DNA from: a virus
Lineage: Duplodnaviria > Heunggongvirae > Uroviricota > Caudoviricetes
Direction: 5' to 3' (one strand)
IMG/VR virus record: IMGVR_UViG_3300012347_000482
Location: 117,051 to 145,656 of that record
DNA length: 28,606 bases
The translations under genes and the position numbers were made by a program. Under the pieces are notes generated by a model, which was given only the letters and a program-made list of their open reading frames with translations, was not told where the DNA came from and ran no database searches. How positions within the stretch are numbered: the first letter of the stretch is position 1; each line of letters begins with the position of its first letter. This document shows positions 16,469 to 26,237 of the stretch, piece after piece.

Positions 16469-17316
16469 TGAAAATACAAATAGTATCAGATCTACACTTA
16501 GAATGGTCTCCAATTGAGCTGCTTAATGTTAATAATGCAGATGTGCTAGTGTTGTCCGGTGATATTATGGTTGCCGAGACTTTGCACGATAAGCCTGCTC
16601 CGGGTCCAGATAACTTAGATAAACTAGCACAATATAGTTACGTTGACTCCGCTGCTAGGAAATTTAGATCATTTTTAAAAAATTGTAGTTTAAATTTCCC
16701 GCATGTAGTGTATGTTGCTGGCAATCATGAGTTTTATAACGGTCGATGGGTTGCTAGTATTCAGCATTTGCGAGATGAGTGTTCGGCATTTTCCAACGTT
16801 CATTTTTTAGAGTGCAACTCGGTAGATATCGATGATGTAACATTTGTCGGCGGAACTCTGTGGACTGATATGAACAAACGAGATCCATTAACATTGCATT
16901 CAATTCGTGATATGATGAATGATTTTAGAAAAATTCGTCGAGACGACTTGGGGTTTACTCCTTTGAAACCAGCTGATGTAGTAACTCGACATGACGAAAC
17001 TCTTAAATTTATCAATTCTGTAGTTAGTCAAGATTCAAATAAAAAATATGTTGTTGTTGGGCACCATGCTCCAAGTGAGTTAAGCATTCACGAATACTAT
17101 AAAGATCAAACAGTGTTAAATGGCGGGTACTCATCGGATTTAAGTAATTTTATTTTAGATAGGCCTCAAATTAAATTATGGACACACGGTCATATGCATA
17201 CACCGTTTGATTATACTATCGGTACTACTCGTGTAGTATGCAACCCTCGAGGATATGTATCAACATTAGATATTGAAAATCCCGAATTTAATCCCAATTT
17301 TATCGTAGAATTATAG
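16468..17316 (+). CDS. Calcineurin-like metallophosphoesterase
   Basis: SDLH, SGD, GNHE, GHHAPS, HGHMH, CNPRGY motifs. Confidence 0.9.
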   Translation: MKIQIVSDLHLEWSPIELLNVNNADVLVLSGDIMVAETLHDKPAPGPDNLDKLAQYSYVDSAARKFRSFLKNCSLNFPHVVYVAGNHEFYNGRWVASIQHLRDECSAFSNVHFLECNSVDIDDVTFVGGTLWTDMNKRDPLTLHSIRDMMNDFRKIRRDDLGFTPLKPADVVTRHDETLKFINSVVSQDSNKKYVVVGHHAPSELSIHEYYKDQTVLNGGYSSDLSNFILDRPQIKLWTHGHMHTPFDYTIGTTRVVCNPRGYVSTLDIENPEFNPNFIVEL

Positions 17317-17327
17317 AAAGAAATTGA

Positions 17328-17579
17328 ATGAAAGCTATTGTAATAACCCACAATCAGTGGAGTGCAATATTAGAAAAATTACGCAGTACAAATAAACCGA
17401 GTACATTGCTAGTTAGATCAAAAATGAGAGATACGCTAGGATTTACTTCTAGAGAGCATTTTGCAGTTGATCGATCAACTCAGGAATATACCACAAAAGT
17501 GCATATAGACTTTTATAACGAACATGCAAGAACAATGTTTTTATTAAAATTTTCAGAGGAAATAAATCATGAATGTTGA
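17328..17579 (+). CDS. Small hypothetical protein (family member 1 of 3)
   Basis: 83 aa ending DFYNEHARTMFLLKFS. Confidence 0.7.
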   Translation: MKAIVITHNQWSAILEKLRSTNKPSTLLVRSKMRDTLGFTSREHFAVDRSTQEYTTKVHIDFYNEHARTMFLLKFSEEINHEC

Positions 17580-17802
17580 ACAATTTTTAAAAAGTCGAGC
17601 TAGAGCAACATATTCTAGAGAATTTGTAGCTGTTGATTTAGCAAAGTCAACAATAGACGAAATTAACGATTGGTGTTCTTCTAGGTCTTTTTCTGAGTTT
17701 AATATAGAAACTAGATCTAAATTCACTAGATACCAATTTAATAACGACAATGATGCATCCTTATTTGCATTAAGATGGAGCAATTATTTTAAACAACTAT
17801 AG
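17569..17802 (+). CDS. Small hypothetical protein (family member 2 of 3)
   Basis: 77 aa ending FNNDNDASLFALRWS; GAGG RBS. Confidence 0.7.
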   Translation: MNVEQFLKSRARATYSREFVAVDLAKSTIDEINDWCSSRSFSEFNIETRSKFTRYQFNNDNDASLFALRWSNYFKQL

Positions 17803-17833
17803 TAATTTGCTCAGTTACAATAAAAATAAAAAT

Positions 17834-18076
17834 ATGATTAATAATGTAATAATTTCAATGGCAGCAGGATATTCGGAGCCTTACGATCAATTACTGCTAT
17901 TTTTAGAAAATTATCATAAAGTATTAATCACTAATTACGACGAATACCCTCAAAAACTAGTTTGGTGCTTAGAGCACGCACAAGGAAAATTTCGAGATCT
18001 TAATACAGGAGCAGGAGTGTGTTGGTGTTTCGAAAAAGAACATGATGCGTCGCTTTTTGCACTAATGTGGGGATAG
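17834..18076 (+). CDS. Small hypothetical protein (family member 3 of 3)
   Basis: Ends FEKEHDASLFALMWG. Start uncertain (ATG 17834 preferred over TTG 17807). Confidence 0.65.
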   Translation: MINNVIISMAAGYSEPYDQLLLFLENYHKVLITNYDEYPQKLVWCLEHAQGKFRDLNTGAGVCWCFEKEHDASLFALMWG

Positions 18077-18107
18077 CAAGACAATTAATCTATACTAATA
18101 AAACTAG

Positions 18108-18139
18108 CTGTTACAAGCGCATATAAGCGTCTGTAACAG
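18108..18139. terminator. Hairpin between convergent gene blocks
   Basis: CTGTTAC...GTAACAG outer stem with an imperfect inner GCGC/GCGT stem. Confidence 0.5.
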
Positions 18140-18182
18140 TTTAAAACAGTGCAGTAGTATGTTGCGTACTAGTTCTAGTATT

Positions 18183-18566
18183 TCAAATATCCGCTTGTGT
18201 TTCTAGTACTATAGGTACATCGTCCGGCGGTGTAACAAATACATGAAATCCTTCATAGTGCTGACCCCAATTCATAAACCAAACTTTTAGTGCATATTCA
18301 GTGTTAGGTAGCCATTCTACACGTTCTCCGTCGATAATCTCTTGATCAGTTTGTATATAAGTAACTCCCGGATCCGGCCATGTTCTCGACGAAACTAAAG
18401 CTCCTTTTTGACGAAGTTCATACCCAAAACTTAAATTACTAAATGGTATAACATCGAGGTGTTTCTTAATACCTGCAAAAATATCAGCATAATGCGGACT
18501 TAAATTGTTTAGTTGAAAGTCAAAAGTTTCGGTTACTGCCGAATATAAAACATTAATTGTACTCAT
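18183..18566 (-). CDS. Hypothetical protein (tail-module associated)
   Basis: 127 aa, directly downstream of the Gly-rich gene on the same strand. Confidence 0.7.
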   Translation of the reverse strand: MSTINVLYSAVTETFDFQLNNLSPHYADIFAGIKKHLDVIPFSNLSFGYELRQKGALVSSRTWPDPGVTYIQTDQEIIDGERVEWLPNTEYALKVWFMNWGQHYEGFHVFVTPPDDVPIVLETQADI

Positions 18567-18567
18567 A

Positions 18568-19434
18568 TTAAGAAATCCTATATCTAATTACTACAATTCC
18601 GGAACCGCCAGCACCGCCTGCTCCACTTTTTGCAGAGCCACTTTCACCTCCGCCCCCTGCGCCTCCATTACCTGTATTCGCACCGCCGGCTGCACCATTA
18701 GACACTCCCGCATATGCTCCACCAATACCACCAGTGGCATACGTTACATTCGCTCCAGTTCGATAGGTATTTGCCAATCCAACACCTGCAGTTCTAGAGT
18801 TGTTTGGCCCAGCTCCACCTCTACCACCGCCACCATTTCCATCACTAAAGGTAACTGTAGTGCTGCCACCTTTGTTACCTTGCCCTGCAGTTCCTGCTCC
18901 GCCAGCTGGTCTAGAAGTAGATCCGGTAGAACCCCCTGCTCCTCCGCCCGAACCGCCGCCGTTACCTGCACTCCTAGTAATAGCTCCTCCGCCACCGCCA
19001 ACGGTAGATACTCCAAATACACTAGAAGATCCGCCATTTCCGCCATATGAAGAATATCCAACATCGTTAGAAGATCCCCCCACTCCGCCACCTCCTCTGA
19101 CTACACTATATGCAGAAGCAGATGGAGTCATGGATCCTGCTATCATGCCACCTGCTCCGCCTCCGCCGCCTCCGCCGGAGTTGATAGCATTAAAGCCAGC
19201 ACTAGTTTCGTAACCACCACCACCACCGCCCCCTCCGCCGGCTACAATCAAATAGTCGATAACTCCGGCGTTTCGACCCGTATCAGTTACAGTAAAAGTT
19301 CCGTTGGAAAGAAACGTATGTACTTTATATGTGTATGTACCGTCAAAATATGTAGTTTCAGTGCCGCCTGTAGCCTGAATAGGGTTTACTGTATTGTCAG
19401 CTGTTGTACCAATTACTGCTTGTACTGTACCCAT
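18568..19434 (-). CDS. Glycine-rich virion/tail-associated protein
   Basis: GGTETT..YKVHTFLSNGTFTV, DYLIVAGGGGGG, terminal GGSGIVVIRY. Start moved to MGTVQ at 19434, just after the upstream stop. Confidence 0.8.
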   Translation of the reverse strand: MGTVQAVIGTTADNTVNPIQATGGTETTYFDGTYTYKVHTFLSNGTFTVTDTGRNAGVIDYLIVAGGGGGGGGGYETSAGFNAINSGGGGGGGAGGMIAGSMTPSASAYSVVRGGGGVGGSSNDVGYSSYGGNGGSSSVFGVSTVGGGGGAITRSAGNGGGSGGGAGGSTGSTSRPAGGAGTAGQGNKGGSTTVTFSDGNGGGGRGGAGPNNSRTAGVGLANTYRTGANVTYATGGIGGAYAGVSNGAAGGANTGNGGAGGGGESGSAKSGAGGAGGSGIVVIRYRIS

Positions 19435-19435
19435 A

Positions 19436-19945
19436 TTAGTAAACTGCTCCTGAAACAAAACACATATTCGGATTTGCAAATATAATAGTAACTACTCCTC
19501 TAACTCGAACATATATAGTGCCACCGTTTCCTCTATTTACATTAGTTCCCGAAATATATGCTTCGGCCATATATAGAACTAAGTATGAAACTGCAACTCC
19601 GTAATTTATAAAGGTTATAACATCTCCAGCTTGATATGTATTACCTAAGATTCCGATCCACGTTCCGTCTAGTATAATTGTTTTACCAGCATCTGTTGCA
19701 TCTAGATTACCTCCGCCTAACCCACTTTTAGATATAATTCTACGAACGTCGCCTTTAGAGTCCGATACTGATCCGCTAGAACTAGAAATATCACCCGTGG
19801 CACTAACAGTGCCAGTAACAGATATACTCGATGAAAATGTCTGTAGTGCTGTGAACGTATTTGCGGTATCTTTACGAAGTGCTGTTTCTTGTGTAGTCGC
19901 ATCTGGAAATACAACTCCAGTGCTACTTAATGTAGTTGATGGCAT
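19436..19945 (-). CDS. Tail fibre/decoration-like protein
   Basis: Start moved to MPSTTLSSTGVVFPDATTQETA (GAGGAAAG RBS); SDSKGDVR...LDATDAGKTI block. Confidence 0.7.
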   Translation of the reverse strand: MPSTTLSSTGVVFPDATTQETALRKDTANTFTALQTFSSSISVTGTVSATGDISSSSGSVSDSKGDVRRIISKSGLGGGNLDATDAGKTIILDGTWIGILGNTYQAGDVITFINYGVAVSYLVLYMAEAYISGTNVNRGNGGTIYVRVRGVVTIIFANPNMCFVSGAVY

Positions 19946-20153
19946 AACTTTCCTCGGATTGTAATTTTCATTAATGTATGTTGATATATTATATGTATTG
20001 CATTTTAAATGCAATCATTGTATAATACGCATATAAGCTAACATATTTATATAACTTTTTTTAAAAATAATTAAATCAATACAACTGTAATACATCTACT
20101 GTTTATATACTGGATAAATATTGTAGTAAATTCGCCAAAAATACTACGGGCAA

Positions 20154-20181
20154 TTGACAACAATCTGATAATTAGTACAAT
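20154..20181 (+). promoter_or_regulatory. Possible sigma70 promoter for the + strand tail module
   Basis: TTGACA-16 nt-TACAAT. Confidence 0.5.
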
Positions 20182-20210
20182 TAATCGATTTGAACTAGAT
20201 AAACACTAAT

Positions 20211-20792
20211 ATGCCTATTACAATAAGTAACAATACAATAACAGGTGTCCAAGCAGGCGGCATGGACGGAGTCCCATTTGCCTCGGGTACTAAGCTATTG
20301 TTCCAGCAATCATCAGCACCTACTGGATGGACGAAAGATGTTACACATAACGATAAGTCTATGCGAGTTGTATCGGGCACTGTAGGATCAGGAGGTTCAG
20401 TAGCGTTCACTACCGCGTTTGCGTCTCAGGCTGTGAGCGGGTCAATTAGCAGTACAACTGCATCAAATCAAGATACTACCGCAGGCGGAACAGTCGGCAA
20501 TACAACATTAACAACTGCACAAATGCCAAGTCATGATCATGTGTTATTTGTAACTCGTATGACTCAAGGAACTACAAGAACTGCTAATAACGAAGTCGGT
20601 GTAACTGCCGCCGGAGTATACGGTGGTCAAAACTGGTCCACAAACAGTAATGGCTCTAGTAATGCGCATAATCACAGCTTTACCGGAGCTGCCCATAATC
20701 ACACACAAAATGCACACAACCACACATTTACAGGTACTGCTATCAATATGGCTGTACAATATGTAGATGTTATTATTGCTACAAAGGATTAA
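20211..20792 (+). CDS. Short tail-fibre / tail-collar-like protein
   Basis: FQQSSAPTGWTK collar-like motif, LTTAQMPSHDH and HNH/HTH metal-binding fibre repeats. Confidence 0.78.
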   Translation: MPITISNNTITGVQAGGMDGVPFASGTKLLFQQSSAPTGWTKDVTHNDKSMRVVSGTVGSGGSVAFTTAFASQAVSGSISSTTASNQDTTAGGTVGNTTLTTAQMPSHDHVLFVTRMTQGTTRTANNEVGVTAAGVYGGQNWSTNSNGSSNAHNHSFTGAAHNHTQNAHNHTFTGTAINMAVQYVDVIIATKD

Positions 20793-20794
20793 TT

Positions 20795-21103
20795 ATGAAG
20801 ATCGAACCAAAAAATCAATGCCCTCTTAATAACTTTGAACCGTGCAAACAACTTGATTGTGCATGGTTCATGAAGATTCGGGGAACTAACCCAAACACTG
20901 GTCAAGATATAGACGATTGGGGTTGCTCAGTTGCATGGATGCCAATTTTATTAATAGAAAACTCTCAAATGAGTAGGCAGACAGGTGCAGCAGTTGAAAG
21001 TTTTAGAAACGAAATGGTTAAATCAAATGAAGTCAGTCAACAGATACTGATTTCGGCAGCGCAACAAGCATTAAATCAAAAGATATTAGGAGATTCTAAA
21101 TGA
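20795..21103 (+). CDS. Cys-containing hypothetical protein of the tail module
   Basis: CPL..C..LDCAWF...WGC pattern; tightly packed. Confidence 0.7.
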   Translation: MKIEPKNQCPLNNFEPCKQLDCAWFMKIRGTNPNTGQDIDDWGCSVAWMPILLIENSQMSRQTGAAVESFRNEMVKSNEVSQQILISAAQQALNQKILGDSK

Positions 21104-21369
21104 GACTCACACTAATTCGCACAGACGGATTCATATCAATCGATGGTGTTGGATATAATGTTGATTTATCGACGATTGATCAGACTATACATGCATTACA
21201 ATGGTATGAGGATCAAGGAGAAATAGAATACGCAGATTCAAGAGGTCGAATTGTAGAAAATGTTGAAATAACGTCTCTTGACGATTTTCAGTATGTTATT
21301 TCATTATGGCATCAAAAACGGTATCAAGATCTGCAAGATTCAACAGCAGATGAAACTAATAGTATATAA
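21100..21369 (+). CDS. Putative tail-fibre assembly protein
   Basis: IHALQWYEDQGEIEY motif; ATGA overlap; follows the fibre gene. Confidence 0.6.
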   Translation: MRLTLIRTDGFISIDGVGYNVDLSTIDQTIHALQWYEDQGEIEYADSRGRIVENVEITSLDDFQYVISLWHQKRYQDLQDSTADETNSI

Positions 21370-21402
21370 TTAAGTAACTTAAGGCACAATACGCTAATCC
21401 TT

Positions 21403-21840
21403 TTAGACAGCCCCAGTGTGCCAGTTTTGTTCAGATACAGCAGTTTTCAATTCTTCGACATCGGCTGCTGATGTGATAGCAATTTCTAATCTATTTGATT
21501 CGTTGATAATTGCAAGTCGAGTAGCTGTAATTTGTGCTGGTACTTCTACATTTCTTTCGACTTTTCGAATTATGTACCAATCAGTACTAGATAATAAAAT
21601 TCCACATGTAGATTTAACTTGATTAATCCACCATACTTTTAAATCTGCTAAGTCTTTGGGATTATCTTTACTCCAATAAAATCTTTCGTCGAAATATGTA
21701 TCTTCGTCTGGTACTTCAATAATACCGATTTCTAATTTTTCTTTAGCAGTTGATAGTCTTAACCAATTTGCAGGATATTGAATTTCGTTATGTGTAAAAG
21801 CAGTATCAACTGCTAATGGTATTCCGTTTAATAAAAACAT
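21403..21840 (-). CDS. Putative tail-fibre assembly chaperone
   Basis: QYPANWL, LLSSTDWYIIR...ERNVEVP...R motif typical of fibre chaperones. Confidence 0.72.
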   Translation of the reverse strand: MFLLNGIPLAVDTAFTHNEIQYPANWLRLSTAKEKLEIGIIEVPDEDTYFDERFYWSKDNPKDLADLKVWWINQVKSTCGILLSSTDWYIIRKVERNVEVPAQITATRLAIINESNRLEIAITSAADVEELKTAVSEQNWHTGAV

Positions 21841-21844
21841 TGTG

Positions 21845-24208
21845 TTACCTTGCTAGTGAATTTTTAAATGGGGTTTCTGCAAATGCTAAGTAAATGTAAG
21901 GTAATCCCGATCCGTTAACTCCGACATCAGTAGTACGAAGTTTGAACCCGTTTGATACAAAATCAAATACATCGAGTGCAACATCAGCAGCTGAAAGATT
22001 TGGACGTTGTGCATTAAACATTACATTATAGCTATTTCTAGCAACATCATAAATGAGCCAGTTTCTAGCAGTTGCATCGGCTTGTCTAAAAAGAATAAAT
22101 TTTGGTCTAAATCCAGTATAAACAAATGTACCATTAGCCAATCCGTTTCCAATATACAGTCCAGTTTTACTGTACCCTTCAACTTCGGAAAAACAGTATG
22201 CTATTCTATTAGTAAGTCCGTTCCACGAACTTCCTACTGTAAACACTGTTGATGTCGGTGCAGTATTGTTCCATGCTCCTACTGCTGTAACTGGTCCGGC
22301 CTGTGCATTAAGTAATATGTATTTTGTAGGACCAAGATAATTATGATACACCCACCAATTGCTAGTAGTCCCAGTCGATTTCAAAATTATCACAGTCGGA
22401 GTAACATTTAATCCATGACCAACTGTAATACTTCCGCTTGCAGTTGTAGTAAACTGAACAACACTACATCCAGCTGTTGGATTTGCTCTTACAGTCGAAG
22501 TTACAGATCCATTATTATTAGTTGCATTTGTTAAACTAGTTTTCCATTGCCATGCAACATATGTATTAGCAAATGATCCGATTCCATTTGCTCCAGAAAT
22601 ACTAAATCCGTTAGAATTTAACGAAGTAATATAAGACGTTGAGTCTTCAGCATTAGTAAGGTTTGTATACACATTTTTGCTAGCACCTCGAATACTGTCG
22701 TTAACAATAGTAGATGCATTTGCTTCTGATCTTGATTTCGCCCAAATTAATCCTGGCTGAAAATTTCCATCATTAACAAATGTTTGAGCAAGCCCGATAC
22801 CTGAATATGTAGTAATACTCATATGCTGTTCAGGGTTTGTAATTAAAGGATCGGGCAAATTAAAAGAATTTAATCTCTTATATCCAGTTGGAATAGAATA
22901 TGCAAACGGTTGTTGCCCAAAATTAATCGATATAGTATTATTTTGAACTGATATCGCCGGACTGTATAATCCTACTGGAAGACTAGTGAATGCAACCCCC
23001 TGTGATACACCATTTTTATAAAAAGTTAATGTTCGGTTATCTAAATCTAATGCGATTCCGACTGTATCCCCTACTAATATTGTCGCTCCATACGCAGTTG
23101 CAACAGAATTGTTATATTTTGTACCGGAACCAGCATATCCCCAACCACCAGTAGTATTCCCAACAAAGCCGTAATCCCAATCAATATGATTATTATGAAT
23201 ACCAATAAGCGGGTTTGCTCCATTTTTAGTTACTAATGTTGCTTCCCAATACCATTTACCCGATGTAACAGCAATTGTTGCTTTGCATCCTACGTTTGTC
23301 GATGCCGAAGTTGCAGTTAATGCAGAATCTTGAATAGTCAAACTTGCATTTGTTGCTATCGAATTTAAAGTTGCATAATTACTAGCTATCGGACTTGTTA
23401 AAGTAGGAACATCTAATACTGAATCATAACTTGCTCCAGCAGTTATGCTTATACTAGTTGTATTAAAATAGTTGTTGTTACCTGAAAAATCTTTCCCTAA
23501 TCCTGTATTTGATCCCGAAGTTAGTGACGAGCTATCTGTAAATTTTAAATAAAATCCCGTAGTGCCGTGTGTTCCAGCATACTTCCTTGGAGACCACGAA
23601 TTGGTTATCGGAGATATTTCTCCAAAATAACTTGCATCTCGTGCAAGTCCGCTAATAAAATTTACTTCGGCTAAATAACCATTAAAAAAAGTAGTTGCAC
23701 CTCCAGAAGCAAGACTAGCATCTGCTCCTAAGTATGTAATAGTTGCAGAATTTGTATATGTAGAATAGTTAAGAGTTGGGTAAATTGCTGTAACAAATGA
23801 TGTTACTTGTTGACCATTCACGTATATCTTTACACGATTTGATGTAGTTGCTTGGGTAGTATCAACTGCTACAACAATATGATACCACGATGCTGTATCT
23901 CGAAAAACTTGCGTAGTTGTTAAATTATAAACAAACGCTGTACTGCTATAGTCGTAAACAGCAAGATAATTAGCAACGGTAAATCTAATCGCAGCATGAG
24001 CATTGGTAGTAGTACCTTGCCATACTCCGAATAAATTGTGACCTGCGTCTAGCATCGATCTTTTAACCCATCCGCTCCATGTCCAGATTTGTCTATTGCC
24101 TGCAACTACTGGAGTTCTCGATAGTCGTGCAGATGCTGCAGCTCGAAATCTTAAAGACTTTTCTACAGGGTAATAAATTTGACCGGACGGTAAAACTGTT
24201 AACGTCAT
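21845..24208 (-). CDS. LamG/concanavalin-A + SPRY-domain tail-fibre/adhesin protein
   Basis: WTWSGWVKR, WYHIVVAVDTT, NGYLAEVNF (LamG); SGKWYWE, GDTVGIALDLD, FYKNG (SPRY); FQPGLIWAKSR. Confidence 0.85.
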   Translation of the reverse strand: MTLTVLPSGQIYYPVEKSLRFRAAASARLSRTPVVAGNRQIWTWSGWVKRSMLDAGHNLFGVWQGTTTNAHAAIRFTVANYLAVYDYSSTAFVYNLTTTQVFRDTASWYHIVVAVDTTQATTSNRVKIYVNGQQVTSFVTAIYPTLNYSTYTNSATITYLGADASLASGGATTFFNGYLAEVNFISGLARDASYFGEISPITNSWSPRKYAGTHGTTGFYLKFTDSSSLTSGSNTGLGKDFSGNNNYFNTTSISITAGASYDSVLDVPTLTSPIASNYATLNSIATNASLTIQDSALTATSASTNVGCKATIAVTSGKWYWEATLVTKNGANPLIGIHNNHIDWDYGFVGNTTGGWGYAGSGTKYNNSVATAYGATILVGDTVGIALDLDNRTLTFYKNGVSQGVAFTSLPVGLYSPAISVQNNTISINFGQQPFAYSIPTGYKRLNSFNLPDPLITNPEQHMSITTYSGIGLAQTFVNDGNFQPGLIWAKSRSEANASTIVNDSIRGASKNVYTNLTNAEDSTSYITSLNSNGFSISGANGIGSFANTYVAWQWKTSLTNATNNNGSVTSTVRANPTAGCSVVQFTTTASGSITVGHGLNVTPTVIILKSTGTTSNWWVYHNYLGPTKYILLNAQAGPVTAVGAWNNTAPTSTVFTVGSSWNGLTNRIAYCFSEVEGYSKTGLYIGNGLANGTFVYTGFRPKFILFRQADATARNWLIYDVARNSYNVMFNAQRPNLSAADVALDVFDFVSNGFKLRTTDVGVNGSGLPYIYLAFAETPFKNSLAR

Positions 24209-24582
24209 TAAGCAACTCCCATAGACCGACCTTGTTCGTATAAATTTGTACCGTCTGATCTAAATACAAAAAAATCTCTAGCATTTGCATCAATTGACAA
24301 TGTTGGAGCAGTGGCATAAGCAAATTTAAAAACTGTGTCCCATGCTAGTGTGCGTAATCCAGATGCGTCTTGTTGTACTAACAAAGAATAAAATGCTCCT
24401 GTTTTTAAATTAGTCGGAGCACTCATTGTTCTGTTACCTCCCAATGTTACTGTGGCAACTTGTGCTGCAGTAGTGTCCCACGAAATTGTAGCACCGTCAG
24501 TTAATGTAGCTTCTAACGAATATGCCGTTTCAGTACATTGAAACCCAGTAATTGTTCCAGAGCCTAGCGTTACAGCAGTCAT
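24208..24582 (-). CDS. Tail-associated hypothetical protein
   Basis: LTDGATISWD, VTLGGNRTMSAPTN, QQDASGLRTLAW; AAGGA RBS. Confidence 0.72.
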   Translation of the reverse strand: MTAVTLGSGTITGFQCTETAYSLEATLTDGATISWDTTAAQVATVTLGGNRTMSAPTNLKTGAFYSLLVQQDASGLRTLAWDTVFKFAYATAPTLSIDANARDFFVFRSDGTNLYEQGRSMGVA

Positions 24583-24626
24583 TTATATTTTCCTTGATTA
24601 ATATGTATTTACAGTTAGTAAATCAA

Positions 24627-25130
24627 TTACAAACTATTTACTTCGGGTTTTAATTTCTGAATAAAACTTGCTTGACGCTTAATATTGCCAGGCTGCCCAA
24701 GTCCGATATCGTCATGACTGAAAACTCCGTACAATTTAAATATTGTAGGATTCTTGCCTTCCATTGTATAAAATAATCTAATATCCGAATTCATATTTGC
24801 ATATCGCATCTTAGGGAAAGCTTTACCAATTGGGCCGTCGCCGCCAAATGGTTTATCTTTGCTGCCAAATTGTTGCATTGGGTCTGCAGTTTTAGTCGCA
24901 ATAAATTCAGCAATCTTCTCTTCGATATTAGTCATCATTGCTTTTCGACCTTCAACTGTGCGGTCAAACAGTTTGCTTTTTAAAAATTGAGCTCCGCCGG
25001 CTGCAGGAACAGCGGGTGCTTGCATATTATTTTTAGATTTGGATTTAGCTTCGACTAGTAACCATTTGCCAGTTTCGGCTTCTAATAGTTGACTAATCAC
25101 ATCTCTTTGAATGAATTCTTGTAATTTCAT
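24627..25130 (-). CDS. RelE/YafQ-like ribonuclease-fold protein with an N-terminal extension
   Basis: Start moved to MKLQEFIQ (25130). C-half KDKPF.G...RYANMNSDIRLFY...LYGVFSHDD resembles YafQ (D.RLIY...GSH). Confidence 0.6.
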   Translation of the reverse strand: MKLQEFIQRDVISQLLEAETGKWLLVEAKSKSKNNMQAPAVPAAGGAQFLKSKLFDRTVEGRKAMMTNIEEKIAEFIATKTADPMQQFGSKDKPFGGDGPIGKAFPKMRYANMNSDIRLFYTMEGKNPTIFKLYGVFSHDDIGLGQPGNIKRQASFIQKLKPEVNSL

Positions 25131-25249
25131 ATAATAGTTCCGTAATACATTATTTAGTATTTTCATGTAGTAGCATTTAGCATAAGTTGGCGTTCTGAAA
25201 CATTGCACTTCGTTGCAATTACATGTACAATAGTACATAGGCAAAAAAT

Positions 25250-25800
25250 TTAGGCATACAATTTCTCATATAGGCATATTATACAGTTTAAGGTTGACGG
25301 GCCGTTTGTAATACCGTTGGTAAATCCGTTCTGATGTGTGACGGCAGCCAGATCTCACCGCTGTAGTGAGGCTTTTATGCACTACCTCAAGTTAAAGCTT
25401 GAGATGCCTTTAAAACATCTCCCCTCTGCGGAGCTCATGTTTGTGTAATCGTACAGGTTGAATGATAGTAATATCGTTGTAAGGGCTATTCTGGCCTTTA
25501 CAGTTTCTATATATTGTATGCATCAATGACACGAAGATGCTTAAAAGACGCCGCAGGTTATGGTAAGGGTAGTGCCAAACAGTATGAAACTATAAAACAC
25601 CTGCTGTCAGGACAAGCGAAGACAACTCAGATGAGACTCAAGCTTTGGCATCCCCAAAGGGGTGTCATATTCGCTCTACAATCTAGATGAAGTAAGACAC
25701 TGCTTCGCAGCTTTAAATAATTAAAATAATTAATAGAAAGAAAAAAATGCTTCAAGCGAAGCGTAGAAGCTGTTGAGCGTAAGCTCAACAATGTATAATA
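25250..25800. other. Long structured divergent intergenic region (candidate origin or ncRNA)
   Basis: No credible ORF; many hairpins; lies between divergent gene blocks. Confidence 0.5.
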
Positions 25801-25850
25801 AAAACGTTTATAATAATAGCTTAAATATATCACAATAAAGGAATCAAAAA

Positions 25851-26237
25851 ATGACAGAAACAAATACTGCGTTGATATTATTAACAATGTTAGGAATAAA
25901 ACACTTTGTAGTAGATTTTCCTCTACAAAATAAGTTTCAGTGGTCTAATAAGGGAACTTATGGACATGCTGGTGGAGTATTACATGCAGGGCTACATGGA
26001 GCAGGTACATATGTTTCAATGCTATTACTATTCGGGCTTAGTAGTATATTAATTGCTTTTGCAATGGGGATTATTGATATGTTAATTCATTATCATGTTG
26101 ACTGGGCTAAAATGAATATCAATGCAAAGTACAACTGGGCTGCTAATACGCATGAGGAATTTTGGTGGTTATTAGGTCTTGACCAACTACTTCACTTTTT
26201 AACTTACATTGCAATTGTTGCATTTATATTTAACTAA
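25851..26237 (+). CDS. DUF3307-like membrane protein
   Basis: KHFVVDFPLQ, LHAGLHG, HYHVDWAK, GLDQLLH motifs. Confidence 0.8.
   Translation: MTETNTALILLTMLGIKHFVVDFPLQNKFQWSNKGTYGHAGGVLHAGLHGAGTYVSMLLLFGLSSILIAFAMGIIDMLIHYHVDWAKMNINAKYNWAANTHEEFWWLLGLDQLLHFLTYIAIVAFIFN

Noticed and set aside
18744-19213. Plus-strand ORFs including a poly-Pro 137-aa ORF
   Set aside because: Antisense shadows of the Gly-rich gene (GGN codons read as Pro on the other strand).
25131-25244. Cys/Tyr-rich N-terminal extension of the 24627 ORF
   Set aside because: Low-complexity upstream read-through; MKLQEF at 25130 is the more plausible start.
25250-25800. tmRNA, RNase P RNA or group I intron
   Set aside because: No tRNA-like ends, no GAGGAAAGUCC-type P4 signature and no recognisable P7 core on either strand.
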